64,000 nucleotides of DNA from Octopus sinensis. Its lineage: Eukaryota. The notes under the pieces were generated by a model. That model saw only the letters and a list, made by a program, of their open reading frames with translations, searched no databases and was not told the origin of the DNA. The stretch covers positions 37,634,001 through 37,698,000 of the forward strand of contig NC_043015.1 of the NCBI RefSeq assembly GCF_006345805.1, read 5' to 3'. Position 1 is the stretch's first letter; each line of letters starts with the position of its first letter. Positions 26,469 through 39,450 of the stretch are shown here, one piece after another. The position numbers and the translations under genes were made by a program.

Positions 26469-26969
26469 TGTACCATGTGGTATATATTTGATTTATCTGC
26501 ACTGGGAAGTCCTATAAACGTCTGCCTTCGAAAAACAAACGACCAAAGTCAGTCCCTTTGTCATTCTTACACATGAAGCGAACTTCAATCTGGCCGGTTA
26601 CAAACCAATGATGAACACGGCAATATATTCACAAAATGTCATCCACAATACATAAATAGATGAATGCTATAGTTAGGACCCAGTGTGACATAATTCTATA
26701 AGTTATTTGCAAATTGACAAAATTGGACAAGACTCCATATACATCAAAGCTGATTAAGATATCGTCTACAAATATACATTCCATAATCACGTTGCTCAAT
26801 GCTTCCTACATTCGCATCTTGAGGCAGCAGATAACTTCAGCAGCGCATCATTGACATTACAGAAAGATTTACTTACAAATCTCCTTTCTTGCTACATATG
26901 GAAATCCATATGCATATATGCTTATGTACATATGTACATATATATACATATACATACATACAAACATAT

Positions 26970-27004
<35 letters not shown>

Positions 27005-27087
27005 AATACATGTATATATATATACGTAGATATATATATATATATGCGTGTGTGTTTAGCTACATATGCATCGAAATATATATGTAG

Positions 27088-27176
<89 letters not shown>

Positions 27177-27268
27177 TATATATGTGTGTGTGTATATTTT
27201 AAAATAAATACATATACATACATATATTCATATATGTAAATATATATGTATGTATGTATATACATATC

Positions 27269-27306
<38 letters not shown>

Positions 27307-28856
27307 GTGTGTGTGTGTCTGTGTGTATGCACGCACACATATGTGGAAGTATATCGGATAATTAAATTCTTTACTGCATGGCGTCTTCCATAGTTTTCGT
27401 CGACATCCACCTCTTTCCCTAACGAACATTAGAAGCGGAACATAAATAATCGGTCGTAAGCGTGAAAAGGAAACTGCACCATTTAAAATTAAATTTAACG
27501 ACCGTAGATAAACGTAACAAAAACCATTCTGGCGCGAGTTTTGTTACTGTTTTGTTCTTTGTCATATTTTTTCTAGTTATTTTATTTTATTAATACCTCT
27601 ACTTTTTTCTTTTTCAAAATCCCTTGGAGATATTGTATTTTCTCGAGCACAATAGGAAATCCCAGTTGATTGGTGTAATTAGATTACATTCGTTCCAAAG
27701 GAAGAAATTTGTATCAATTTCCAAGATTGATATTGTCTATGTGTGTACGTTTGTGTGTATGTCTATTTGTACGTATGCACATATATATATATATATATTA
27801 TATATATATAATATATATAGATATATATATATATATTATATATATATATACATATAATATATTGATTCATAGATAACAAATACACATATGCATATATGAA
27901 AATATACTTAAATTATCTACATGACATGCATATATATATATACATATATGTATATTTATATGTATGTGCGTGTATATACATGTGTGTTGTTTGTGTGCGT
28001 TTGTGTGTGCGTGTGTGTGCGCGTATGTATTTGTGTAATCCATATTTTCATACAAATCTCTCATTATGTTACAAAGATTAGATTTCAAATTGGAGACACA
28101 AGAATCTTGCAATAGGACGCCTTCTATTCTAGAAGCACAATGGCGCATCCATATCCAAATCTCATCTTCTTGTAGCCATTGTTTTTCTTTTTCCTTTTCC
28201 GCCTTACACAACATTTCTTATATTCAATATCTATGGAATGGAAGCTATTTTTTCACCCACCATTGCAGAAACTATAAATCATTTTAGAAGCATTTACTTT
28301 GAATTCTACCATGTAAAATTTCATATTCCTTACTTTTAAATCTAACCTTTCACTATAAGTCCTTAATTAATTTCCCTCACCTGATAACTCACTGAGTTTC
28401 GCCATATTTCGCTATTGTTACCCAAATATTTCAATTATCCTACGAACCGATTTTGTAGAAAATAAATCGGATCGTCCCCTGTAAATCCTAAGTCGTCATC
28501 TTACCTCATTTTAAACATAGCAAATTAATTTAAAATTACTATTTCTGTTTCTTTAAAATTTTACTCGGGTATTTTATGTGTTAACTAATGATATATTCCA
28601 GCCATTTCTTTATACAAATTTCCAGAATCTAGAGTGGTGGCGGAATGAAGCCCATGTTGAAGGAATTGTTAATTTAGGGAAATTTTCCACGGAAAATGTG
28701 AGCAAGATGAGGAAAGGTTTTCTACTTCTGTTACCATACTGACCAACGTTTCTTTTAGTTTGTTAACCTCTGGGAGCGATTCAATAGGGCGATAGAAGCA
28801 CAATAGAAAATGCAGTGACCTTCAATCTACTGTTCTTTTGCTACTGTTATTGTTGG

Positions 28857-28937
28857 TCTTCATCTTCTTTTTCTTCTTTGTCATCTTCCTCGTCTTCCTC
28901 TTCTTCTTCTCCTTCTTCTTCTTCCTCTTCTTCTTCT

Positions 28938-28982
<45 letters not shown>

Positions 28983-29028
28983 TTCTTCTTCTTCTCTTCT
29001 TCTTCTTCTTCTTCTTCTTCTTCTTCTT
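28857..29028. repeat. (TTC)n microsatellite
   Basis: Direct inspection. It is the source of the poly-S/F/K/E ORFs. Confidence 0.95.
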
Positions 29029-29039
29029 CACCGTCGATC

Positions 29040-29250
29040 GCAGCATCGTGGTTTCCATCTTCAAGCTGGGTGAGCTTTGTGTTGTTAAGCAAAACACTTC
29101 CTTTTGCCTTGTTCCAGTTCACTGAGCTGTAAAGGAATAACCCCTCGACAGGTTGGCTTCCCGTTCAAGGTGAACGCTATTATCTCTGTCGTCGTTTATG
29201 CGCCATGCAAACCGAATACCCGCCCAATGAGTCTAAGTACACGAGGCAAT
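29040..29250 (+). mobile_element. Degenerate CORE-like SINE
   Basis: The block GTGTTGTTAAGCAAAACACTT..GTTCCAGTTCACTGAGCTGTAAA partly matches 19150-19268 and 47459-47755. Confidence 0.5.
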
Positions 29251-31502
29251 AAAGTTTGGGAACTTCGATACAATTCATGTCATTTTATATCGACTCTCAG
29301 TTATAGAGAAGATCATATATAGAGTCAGTCGCATACAGATTGTCATAGATTGTAATAAATAATAAGAGTCTAGTATGTAGATTTATTTTTTCCTACCTTC
29401 TAAAATAATAGAGATGGTATAGTAAGGGGTGAATCTTCCTTGGCATTCGACAGTTAGATGTGGTATTTAATGCCATGATAAACAATTTGAATAATTATAC
29501 CGCTTGTAATGGTAGGCATAACTTGCGTATCGTCTTCATAAAACAATCTACTAGCCTAATACCCGAAAACGACGTATAGGATAATGTTGTCCTGGATACA
29601 CTAAGCTTGAATACAGCAATTATGTGATGTAAACGGCTGCAACTTCATTTAATCATATATTTTCTTAATCAGGCAAGATCTGATCTTAAACAACCAAATA
29701 GGAAAGTCATGGATAGAAACTTTTTGCTCAATAAGGACTGCCTGGGGCTATACACAGCAACTATACATGAGGGTATGGTGTGATGCAGTGTTGTGGTTTG
29801 ATGTTTGATATATTTTATAGCGTAGTACTTTGTGTTGTGTTAGGGAATGTTGTGTCACGTGCTGGTGTTTCGTGTTATTGCAACGTTTAGCACTGGTAAG
29901 CAATCTAATGTATTGAATCAACATATAAAACATTTCGGAACCTTCATCACTTTTAAACATTCAAATATTGATTAATAAACAAGTCTTGAAAAATGAGGAG
30001 AATATATTTAATGTGAGTAACTTAAACCGAGTAATCATTTGGAGTTTGGTTTCTCATCTCTTTATACGGTCAACAGTAAAGCCAGACCAGAATGGATTCG
30101 AACGTAGATGGCCAAATGTGTAACTGAATACTGCTAACAACATACTTTCAAATCCACCGCCATACAGATTCTGTCCTTCCGTCGCCATTCTACGAGTCAT
30201 TATATCGATTCTGCCAATCCAAGGCCGTTTTGTTCGGCACACTAACAAATTCTAAATATGTCACCATATTTTCTGTCACGTAACAGATTCTGCTGATCCG
30301 CCACCATTTTATTAGTCAGTCTATCGATTGTGTCAATCAGACGCCATCTTAGATCTAAATATGCTTTTAGAATATTTCCTCTCTCTTTGTAGATGGCGAT
30401 AACAGCCGTTAAACAAATATGTCCTCCACATACACTCAGCCATCACAGTCATTTAGCTATTGAATCATTTCTCTTTGTCCGTACCACGAAATGGGTTAGG
30501 AGCTTCTTCATGAAGCAGAAGTTAACAAAAAAATGTGCAACTAATTTGACACAGTGTTGGAATTGAACACTGGGTAAATAGAACGACCAAACTAAACGAT
30601 ATCTTATTTACCATTCCTGCAACCTCACTACTTTTGTCGTTTTTCAATATTGATATTATTATCGAATCAGCAATATTTTTTATGGGAAAAGCTATTTCGA
30701 AAAACAAATTAATTCATCGAAACTGAATTATTTATTTTAGCGCAAAAAAAGAAAAAAAAAACGCCAACCAAATCGGAATCACTCACTCTGTGTTATCTAT
30801 TTTTATTTTCTAAATTGATTCCGAATTTTATATCTGCTTTTTTTTTCTTTCTCTTTTTTTTATTTTGATAAACCACTGATTTTTTTATTTATCTTTTTAT
30901 TGAATTCAATATTCATATATTTTATTTTAGATATATTTTTTTCTTCATCTGTTTTCATTTTAGAGTTACCATTTTTTATTACTTTCAAACGAAATCAAAG
31001 AAGTATATTAAGTAATCTTTTAATTTCTTAATGTTTTTTTCTTTTTTTTTGTATTTTTTGTTATTAGTTTTTTTAATAGAGTTATCTTTTTGTTTTGTTT
31101 GTAGTGTTTACTAGTTCAGACATAGATAGATAAATAGCAGGAAAAAATATTTGGCTACGCAAAGATTTTCAATATGAAAATACGGTATTTGTTTGTTTTC
31201 TTTTTCTCAATCATAAACGAAATATGTTCTGTTCTTATTAGCAATTTTGGCGGTACTCAGACCCTGGTATTTCAATTCGTTTCCACTATATTCCTGAAAA
31301 TAATGTCTTTTAGCTTCCTTCCAGACTTTATTCTAACTGTCATTAGGTCTCCTAGCGTCAAATATACGTTTATATATATCAATATATTATTTTTTCGCCT
31401 CAGAATTAACACATCTCCTGTCGTATACCTTTCTACTGCTACGAAATCTAACACCACCACAAACACCACCACCACCACTACATTTTTAACCAACATTACT
31501 AC

Positions 31503-31560
<58 letters not shown>

Positions 31561-31858
31561 GCCACTACTACTACTACTGCCACTACTAATACTACTACTA
31601 CTAGTATTGGAAATCAGAATCGGCTTTGGTAGCCATTTATGAATTATTTTGTTGCTCATAATATATTTAGAGGTTTTATTTGATTTTTTTATAGATTGCC
31701 ACTTATATCAAGATTTGTTGATGGTTTTTGGTGAATAACTTAATATTCAAGCACTTTAAACTCTGGAGTGGTGTGTACCTTGTCGGATGGATGAAGCAGA
31801 ATGAGCTGAGGAGAATAATTTCGCGTATAAATACATATAAACACAACTACACACGCAG

Positions 31859-31939
<81 letters not shown>

Positions 31940-32002
31940 ATATATATATACACTAGAAGATATACCCGATCTTGATCGGGATTTAAATAGCAGTTTTTAT
32001 AG

Positions 32003-32262
32003 TTTTACTTGTTTCGATCATGTGACTGCGGCCAGGTTGGAGCACCGCTGTTGGTCGAAGAAATTTACCACAGGATTTATTCTTTGTACTTATTCTAGTA
32101 CTTATTCTAGCAGTGTGTTTTGCCGAACCGCTATGTTATGGGGGCGTAAACATACCATATTATTTGTGAAGCAATGGTGGGTGTTCAAACACACACACAC
32201 ACACACAAGTATACACATATATACGAGTTTTCTTTCAGTTTCCGAGTACGAAATCTATTCAC
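32003..32262 (-). mobile_element. SINE 3' part (61203-61608 family)
   Basis: TTTTACTTGTTTCG..GACTGCGGCCAGGTTGGAGCACCG..TTTGCCGAACCGCTA. Confidence 0.75.
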
Positions 32263-32275
32263 ATGTATATATACA

Positions 32276-32551
32276 TATCACGTGATCACGTGACCGATCA
32301 GACCATCAGATGTTGTTATACATCGCTGGTCACAATGCTTTCGCATTGCTTTAGCCTTTGAATGACGCCACCCCGCTGGCTAAGCGAGCAGGCCAACAGA
32401 AGAAAGAGTGGTAGAAAGAGTGGTGAAAGAGTACAGCAGGGATCACCACCCCCTGCCGGAGCCTCGTGGAGCTTTTAGGTGTTTTCGCTCAATAAACACT
32501 CACAACGCCCGGTGAGTCCGCTGCCCTAACCACTAGGCCATTGCGCCTCCA
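32276..32551 (-). mobile_element. tRNA-derived SINE, family shared with 35183-35268 and 36636-36939
   Basis: CATCAGATGTTG..ACATCGCTGGTCACAATG..GCCGGAGCCTCG..AAACACTCACAACGCCCGG. The minus-strand head reads GGAGGCGCAATGGCCTAGTGG. Confidence 0.8.
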
Positions 32552-32620
32552 CATATATACATATACATATATATAAACACACACACACACACACTTATAC
32601 ATACATATATATGTGTGTAT

Positions 32621-32775
32621 TACTCTTTTACACAGTTATATGATTCAGTCATTTGAGTGTGGTCATGCTGGAGTACCTCTTTTTAGTTGAAGAAATTGAC
32701 ACCTGGACTTACTTTTGTAAGCCTGGTGCTTATTGCATCGATAGCGTCTGCGTAACCACTAAGTTACGGGGACAT
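32621..32775 (-). mobile_element. SINE 3' fragment (61203-61608 family)
   Basis: TTCAGTCATTTGAGTGTGGTCATGCTGGAG..TGTAAGCCTGGTGCTTATT. Confidence 0.7.
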
Positions 32776-32780
32776 ATACA

Positions 32781-32945
32781 TATCATCATCATCATTGTTC
32801 GACCGTGGTCGAGACAATGGAATTTACCATGCTACACCAGACTTCACGGTCCATCATGGCATTACGGAGGTCCTGTTGCTGGATGCCTGTATCCCTGGAG
32901 ATTACATCAGAGTAGGTGAGTGTGCGCCCTCTGGTATTGCGAGTA
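32781..32945 (-). mobile_element. RTE-clade LINE 3' end with (GAT)n tail
   Basis: ORF 32792..32989 reads RGRTLTYSDVISRDTGIQQQDLRNAMMDREVWCSMVNSIVSTTVEQ*, followed by GATGATGAT. Confidence 0.7.
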
Positions 32946-33018
32946 GACACATATAACATATATATATACAATATTATAAATATATACATATATAAATATA
33001 TATAGATAGATAGTTATG

Positions 33019-33050
<32 letters not shown>

Positions 33051-33086
33051 ATATATAATATATATAGATATATATATGCATATATA

Positions 33087-33139
<53 letters not shown>

Positions 33140-33322
33140 ATATATATAATATTATATATTATATATGTACATATATGTATATTCATATATACATATACAA
33201 CATATATATATATATATATATAAAACAGTAAAAAATAGTGAAACTAATAGAAATTAAATTAATGTATTATATATATATAATATATAATATATATATAAGA
33301 TATATATATATATATATATATA

Positions 33323-33374
<52 letters not shown>

Positions 33375-33506
33375 TCTATATATATATATATATAATTGAT
33401 ATATGTACATATATGTATATTATATATACATATACACATATTAGAATTATATAATATTACAAAACATGTAAAAAATAGTGATATATATAATAGAAATAAA
33501 TTAATG

Positions 33507-33545
<39 letters not shown>

Positions 33546-33549
33546 GCTT

Positions 33550-33898
33550 AATGAAAGTATAATAGTGAAACTATTAAAACTGAAAGTATTATCTCATATT
33601 ACATTAGAGGTGTTATTGTTTCCCTTTTGGCACGAAATACTGAAAGAGTGTAAGAGGTAAGAGATTGCTCCGGGCTAGCATTAGACAAGAATCTGAAATT
33701 CTTTTGACCCATGACACAGCATGGACGCTAAGTAAGTGTAAAATGTGTAAACTTTATATGAAATCGGTTGGATAGTTCCCCAGTTCTAGTGATGCTCGCA
33801 TACATACATACATACATACATACATACATACATACATACATACATACATACATACATACATACATACACAGACAGACACACATTCTCAGTTTTATATA
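33550..33898 (-). mobile_element. Helitron/HINE-like non-autonomous element (5' part)
   Basis: The minus strand starts TATATAAAACTGAGAATGTGTGTCTGTCTGT(GTAT)n..CCAACCGATTTCATATAAAGTTT, a layout typical of these elements (inference). Confidence 0.4.
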
Positions 33899-34372
33899 TT
33901 AGGTTGTCAAGAAAGTTCTTGCGGAAATTTTAACTTTGGTTTTAAATTGTGTATTTTCAAATTTACTTTCTCAAAATTACTTTGACTTTATATATCATTT
34001 TCAAGCCCGTTTTAAACTCTAATTGTGTTACTCTTATCTTTTTGAATAATTAAGTCATTTTTCCGGAATGTTGAATAAAACATGGGCAAAAAGCAAATTT
34101 GGACAATTTTCTTATTCCCGTTCAAGCTAGACTGAAAAGCTGCTGAAAGAGCTCGCGATATTAACGATGCGTTTGGCCCGGAACCACTAATGGATAGCCC
34201 AGGAACCACTAACGAATTGGGCTACGAAACTCTGCCTCATCCGCCATACTCACCAAGCCTCTCGCCTACCGATTACCACTTTTCCTGCGTGAAAAATGCT
34301 TCAAAAACCAAGACGATGACAAACACGCCTTCAACGCCTTCATCGCCACCAGAACGCATGATTTTTTATTTC
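33899..34372 (+). mobile_element. Internally deleted mariner-family transposon remnant
   Basis: A TA is followed by TIR-like TTAGGTTGTCAAGAAAGTTCTTGCGG. The N-terminus GKKQIWTIFLF..KAAERARDINDAFGP is fused to ELGYETLPHPPYSPSLSPTDYHF (YSPDL motif). No right TIR is visible. Confidence 0.85.
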
Positions 34373-34747
34373 AGTGTTTTAACAACGTATTATTCAACCG
34401 AGCAGGCAGCTACAACAGCTTTGTTTAGTCGTGAACTTTGCAGGATATTTCCCCAGTCACGACGTCGTATTCACAAAGCTTAACTAACCGCCTATTTTGT
34501 CATGACAACACAACTGACACTTTTTCGGTGTGTACATTCTGTTCTTTGTATAACATCTTTTATACGCTAAAAGATCTCAACTCAAATATTGGCACCGCCA
34601 CATCATTCATCCGATGACCTATGAGATAATTGGTAACCCCTCGTGTCGGTACTCATTACTGCAACACACCATGCGGTATTTATGGCACACACGCCACACA
34701 TATGTGTGTCTGTGTGTGTAAAACGAATATATCTATATATATATATC

Positions 34748-34781
<34 letters not shown>

Positions 34782-34787
34782 ATCTAC

Positions 34788-34846
<59 letters not shown>

Positions 34847-34851
34847 TATAT

Positions 34852-35024
34852 ATCACAATCAAGGAACGGCCATAATAGGCCATTCACACCCACTAGAAAT
34901 AACAGCCAAAAGCTTTAAAACAAACCGCAAAATAACATCAATTGATGTTATTTTGCGGTTAAAGCTTTTGGCTGTTATTTCTAGTGGGGTGAATGGCCTA
35001 TTATGGCCGTTCCTTGATTGTGAT
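34852..35024. repeat. 173-bp palindrome with zero-length loop
   Basis: ATCACAATCAAGGAACGGCCATAATAGGCC...CAA|TTG...GGCCTATTATGGCCGTTCCTTGATTGTGAT. The arms differ only by small indels. Confidence 0.9.
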
Positions 35025-35150
35025 GTTGAACTTAAAAATGGTATATGACTATTTAATTTTTTCCCACTAGGCCGCTGGTGGCAAAAAAATTCTACAAAAT
35101 TTTTTGCCACCCTATATTGATTAAATATATATATATATATATACATATAT

Positions 35151-35181
<31 letters not shown>

Positions 35182-35182
35182 A

Positions 35183-35268
35183 TGGCAGCATTTAAAGGCT
35201 AAAACAATGCGAAGCGCATTGTGACCAGTGATGTGTAGCAACATCTGATAGCCTGGTTGGTCACGTGA
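35183..35268 (+). mobile_element. SINE 3' end (32276-32551 family)
   Basis: AAAGGCTAAAACAATGCGAAGCGCATTGTGACCAGTGATGTGTAGCAACATCTGATAGCCTGG. Confidence 0.75.
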
Positions 35269-35346
<78 letters not shown>

Positions 35347-36276
35347 GTGTGTGTGTGGTGTGTGTTCATTTCGTGAGGCTATTGTACAGGAATAGAGGGG
35401 CGAATAAATCCTCCTCCCGAACGAATTGTCACACTTGCTGCAACTTAATATCTTTGGATTATTTTTTATTCTATTAAATCTTCTTTGTTTCTGTCAGGCC
35501 ATTCTAACAAAAGAAAAAAGGCAATTTCAGAAATGCATTTGGGAAAACCACAAAGGAATTCACAACAAGCTTTGTCTGTTCATGTATAAATCATTGCTTC
35601 CTCCCCAACTCCTTTTTGTGTGTGTATGTTTTGTAATTCAAACTATACGAGAGAGTCACTCTCCGATAAATGTGTGGCTTGCGGCTCATTTATGTATCCG
35701 CCATTGAGACCGAGATCATTTTTCTATTTTTATTTTCATGGTTTTTTCCTTCATTTATTTATATATTTATTTATTCATTTATGTACAAATCTTGCGACGG
35801 TTTCCTTTTTCTGAGCATAACGAGAGCAGGATGGAACTGTATGCTGTCAATTTTGATCTAACTGAAAATGGTTCTCTGATCTATTACTTAAGTGAAATGG
35901 AATCTTGCCACAGGAGCATATGTCTCCATAAACGAATAAAGCGGACAGTTCAGTTAGCAACATGGCCACAAATTTATAAAAGACACTTTGACATTTCGAG
36001 AGTTTCTGGAAATTCTCGACTACTAATAATGTATTCCAATAAAGAATTACATAAGAGATTCTTACAATTCTATAAGGAATTGATGAAATCTAACACAATA
36101 GTCACTTTGTCTCAAATGGATATAGTAAAAAAATAACTTCACATGAAGTGAGATAGTTCGAAATAACTTTGAATATTTGGCAGGCATAACGTCTTGTTCG
36201 TATATTTCTGTACATTTGAATATGTTAATGTTATAACGGAACTCGAATTCTTCCACGTCTGAGACAGTGCTGCTGT

Positions 36277-36322
<46 letters not shown>

Positions 36323-36551
36323 GCATCAGCGTCTCAAATGATGACACTCGATGAATTAACATGAAAATTCCCAATGGGTCCACTGTAACGCCTGGCAGAC
36401 CCGTTATCTTTCTAGAATTTCTGACTTGTTCATTATTATTATTATTTCGGAGAACGTCGATATTCAAAGTTTCAAGAGATAAATAACTACATGTGTGTAT
36501 GTATGTATGTATGAATGTATCTATTTATCTATCTATCGACCGATCTATCAT

Positions 36552-36610
<59 letters not shown>

Positions 36611-36635
36611 ATATATAGATATATATATATATATA

Positions 36636-36939
36636 TCACTGTGATCACCGAGACCGACTAGGCTATCAGATGTTGCTACACATCGCTGGGCACAATGCGC
36701 TTCGCATTGATTTAGCCTTCAAATTAGGCCCCCCCCCCCCCGTGGTTACCCGAACAGGCCAAACAGAAGAAAGAGTGAGAGAAAGTTATGGTGAAAGAGT
36801 GCAGCAGGGATCGCCACCATCCCCTGCCGGAGCCTCGCAGAGCTTTTAGGGGTTTTCGCTCATAAACACTCACAACGCCCGGACTGGGAATCGAAAACCG
36901 CGTGTCCACTGCCCTAGCCACTGGGTCTTTGCACCTCCA
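36636..36939 (-). mobile_element. tRNA-derived SINE, near full length (32276-32551 family)
   Basis: Colinear with 32276-32551 and carries the B-box TTTCGATTCCC on the minus strand. Confidence 0.8.
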
Positions 36940-36959
36940 CACACACACACACACACATA

Positions 36960-37055
<96 letters not shown>

Positions 37056-37497
37056 TTATTTTGCAGCGTTCGCCACCATATTAATACGTACAGCTGAAGA
37101 CAGACTCTTAATATGCATTGCTTTAATTATATATTCTATAGTATAAAAAGAAGACACGTATTATGGAAATTAATCGTCATTTTCGCTTACTTGTCAGCAA
37201 TTTTCAAGTTCTTTTCGTGCTCTATTCTCTCTTTATTTCCTTGTACTCTTAGCTGTTGAGTCAGAACTGCCTAAGACCAGCTATGGTTACAGATAAATAT
37301 GATAATCATAAACATCTTCGAATTGTCTTAAATTGATGTATATTTTATATGGCTTCCTCTTCGTATAAATGTTTCGGAATAAATTATTAACGTTATAGTT
37401 ATTGATAACCAGCATATATTTCAATATAGTCCACTTTATTCCAAGATATTCCACTCTATATCGCCCATTAACAGGAAGATTCATCCATATACACATA

Positions 37498-37538
<41 letters not shown>

Positions 37539-37984
37539 GGATATTTATGTGCGTATTGTTGGAGAGCATATATATAATTGAAAACACAAAAGAAACCGAT
37601 TTATTAACAGACTGCCATAGCATTGATTGAAGAATTGCTAATTAACAAGCCGTTCTTTTCCAATGAAAATGGTGTAAAACAATGCAATCTTCTCATCAGG
37701 GAAAGAAAGAAACCAAATACATCAATAAGACATTTTAAGAGAATCTGATGACTACGTAAATTATGAATTGAACGCTTGCAAGTTTTGTTTGAAAAAACCG
37801 TAAGTAGATATAACGTCAAAGGTAGTTTATAGAAGGTGAAAGAAAGAAATTATCAGAAAACTAATAGTGGAGAGATATAGAACGACAGGTGAATTAGAAT
37901 AAAGCTTGAAGAAGTAGATATATTTAGTGGAAGTGAAATGTAAGAAGACAGTCAAAGGTCGAATTTTATAGATTGGTAGAAATC

Positions 37985-39450
37985 ACTTATAGGAACTAAA
38001 GGTATGTTTCTGCCAATGTTTGTGACGATAAGCGCACTCTATAAACGTGTTTAAAAGATGATTTTCTGAGAACAGGATAAAGTACATCTGACTGTTACAA
38101 AGCGGACAAAAAGATTCACCTTTATCATATGGAAAAGATATACACGCAGCAAGTATAGATGGGCTGGACACGTCGCCCGGCTCACCGATAATCGGTGGAC
38201 GCACGCAGTTGTCGAGTGGTACCCGCGTTAGCGGAAAAGACCTCCCGGAAGACCTCCACGACGGTGGAGTTACGATTTCAAGAGGACGATTGGGATAACG
38301 TGGATGAGAAAGGCGCGATCCAGAGAGGAGTGGACAGCGTGCTGTGACCAGCGGTGTCAAATGGACGCCTGACGGACTGGTCGGTCAAGGTGATCAAGGT
38401 GATATGGAAAAGATACAAAGAGAGAATATTCCATTCCAAATCAAATTGTTTATTCTGATCCTTTAGATACCAATTGAATTTACTAAGGTCAGTATTGTTG
38501 CGTTTATTGACATGTCTAAACGTAGAGTAAGGATTAGATATTCTTTTGGACAACTGAGATGAAGAACTACCTATATAAAAAAAGACGTCAGAACCGGAAG
38601 TAATTTTACATTGATAGAGTTTCTAGTCTTAGAATTTAAGAAAACGAATGCCTTTGGAGTCAACTTCAGAAACAATAACCCCGCAGTTATTATTATTTAA
38701 AGAATGGATAGTGTTAACAAAATCAATGTTAGTATTTTCACTAAGTAGATTTGTATTTAACAACTTATTATGCGAACGGATGTTTTGTGAAAGATTTTTG
38801 CGTTAGAAAACCCTATCCTGATTCAGTGTGACTTAATAATCGAATACTATCTTGAATTTCTTGGGGAATTCTTTTCTATAGCTTCACGGAACTAGTAATG
38901 GAAGTTAGATTTGATCTGCTTACTATAGGGAATGATTAACCAAACAGTTTTGCCAGGACATACATTATTATTAGGGTAATTGGCTTTAAAAGTCTTCGAT
39001 GTAATTTATAATGAAAAAAGGGGTCTTAAATAACGGTTATCTCTCTTACGCTGCAGAATTACATTACTCGATTTGGTGTTGTTACTCGAAATAGAATTAA
39101 TATCGTTATAACTTGATTTCATGTCCTGATTAATAGAGGTAGAATTAATGTCAATAAGCTTAATATAAGTATTTTTTTCTTTATAGCCAGCTTTAAGTAA
39201 GGCATCTTTGTCGAATATATCAGCATTAGCAGATAATCTGGAAAGTCTAAATGAAATATTCCTAAATAAATTCTTTGTAATAGCCTTTGAATTATTACTG
39301 AAAGAGCTAATATATTTTAGATTAGTTGAGAGTTTATGGTATGGGAAATATGAATCATTATGCAAATAAAGGGTAATATCCAAAAAGTTGGCTTTAGTTA
39401 TATCGTCAAAAACTATGCTTAAGCCCATGTTTTGGAAAAAATTAAATGAT
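37985..39450 (-). mobile_element. Penelope-like element: RT C-terminal region plus GIY-YIG endonuclease, decayed and 5'-truncated
   Basis: The RT thumb reads GLSIV..ANFLDITL..YFPYHK..SNNSKAITKNL..ISFRLSRLS..LLKAGY. The GIY-YIG domain reads LYQCKITSGSDVFFYIGSSSSQLSKRISNPYSTFRH..TDLSKF.WYLK..WNIL, and the C-terminus PYDKGESFCPLCN..HKH..K*. Confidence 0.85.
38141..38401 (+). mobile_element. RTE-clade LINE 3' end inserted into the PLE, with 14-bp TSD
   Basis: Translates as SKYRWAGHVARLTDNRWTHAVVEWYPR*RKRPPGRPPRRW..W..C..MDA* with a TCAAGGTGA tail. The TSD ATATGGAAAAGATA lies at 38127-38140 and 38402-38415. Confidence 0.9.

Noticed and set aside
26560-26660. THEANFNLAGY resembling the Tc1/mariner SDEAHFHL.G motif
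   Set aside because: A single short motif with no TIRs or other catalytic residues.
29927-29956. Minus-strand GTGATGA-A-GG(TT)CC-GAAATGTT
   Set aside because: It needs two core repairs (C3 and the CpG) and helix II is only 2 bp. It may be a relic but cannot be supported.
30050-30720. Possible L1/Tx1 RT remnant on the minus strand (AD..I, AGMVNK, NGLGL)
   Set aside because: The motifs are scattered across frames and too decayed to call without a profile search.
35738-36136. 132-aa non-repetitive ORF
   Set aside because: No recognisable motif, the N-terminus is low-complexity, and no support for splicing is visible.
37640-37700. CTGATGA downstream of the PLE ORF on the minus strand
   Set aside because: This is the expected place for the element's hammerhead, but GAAA is not correctly spaced and no helix III is visible.
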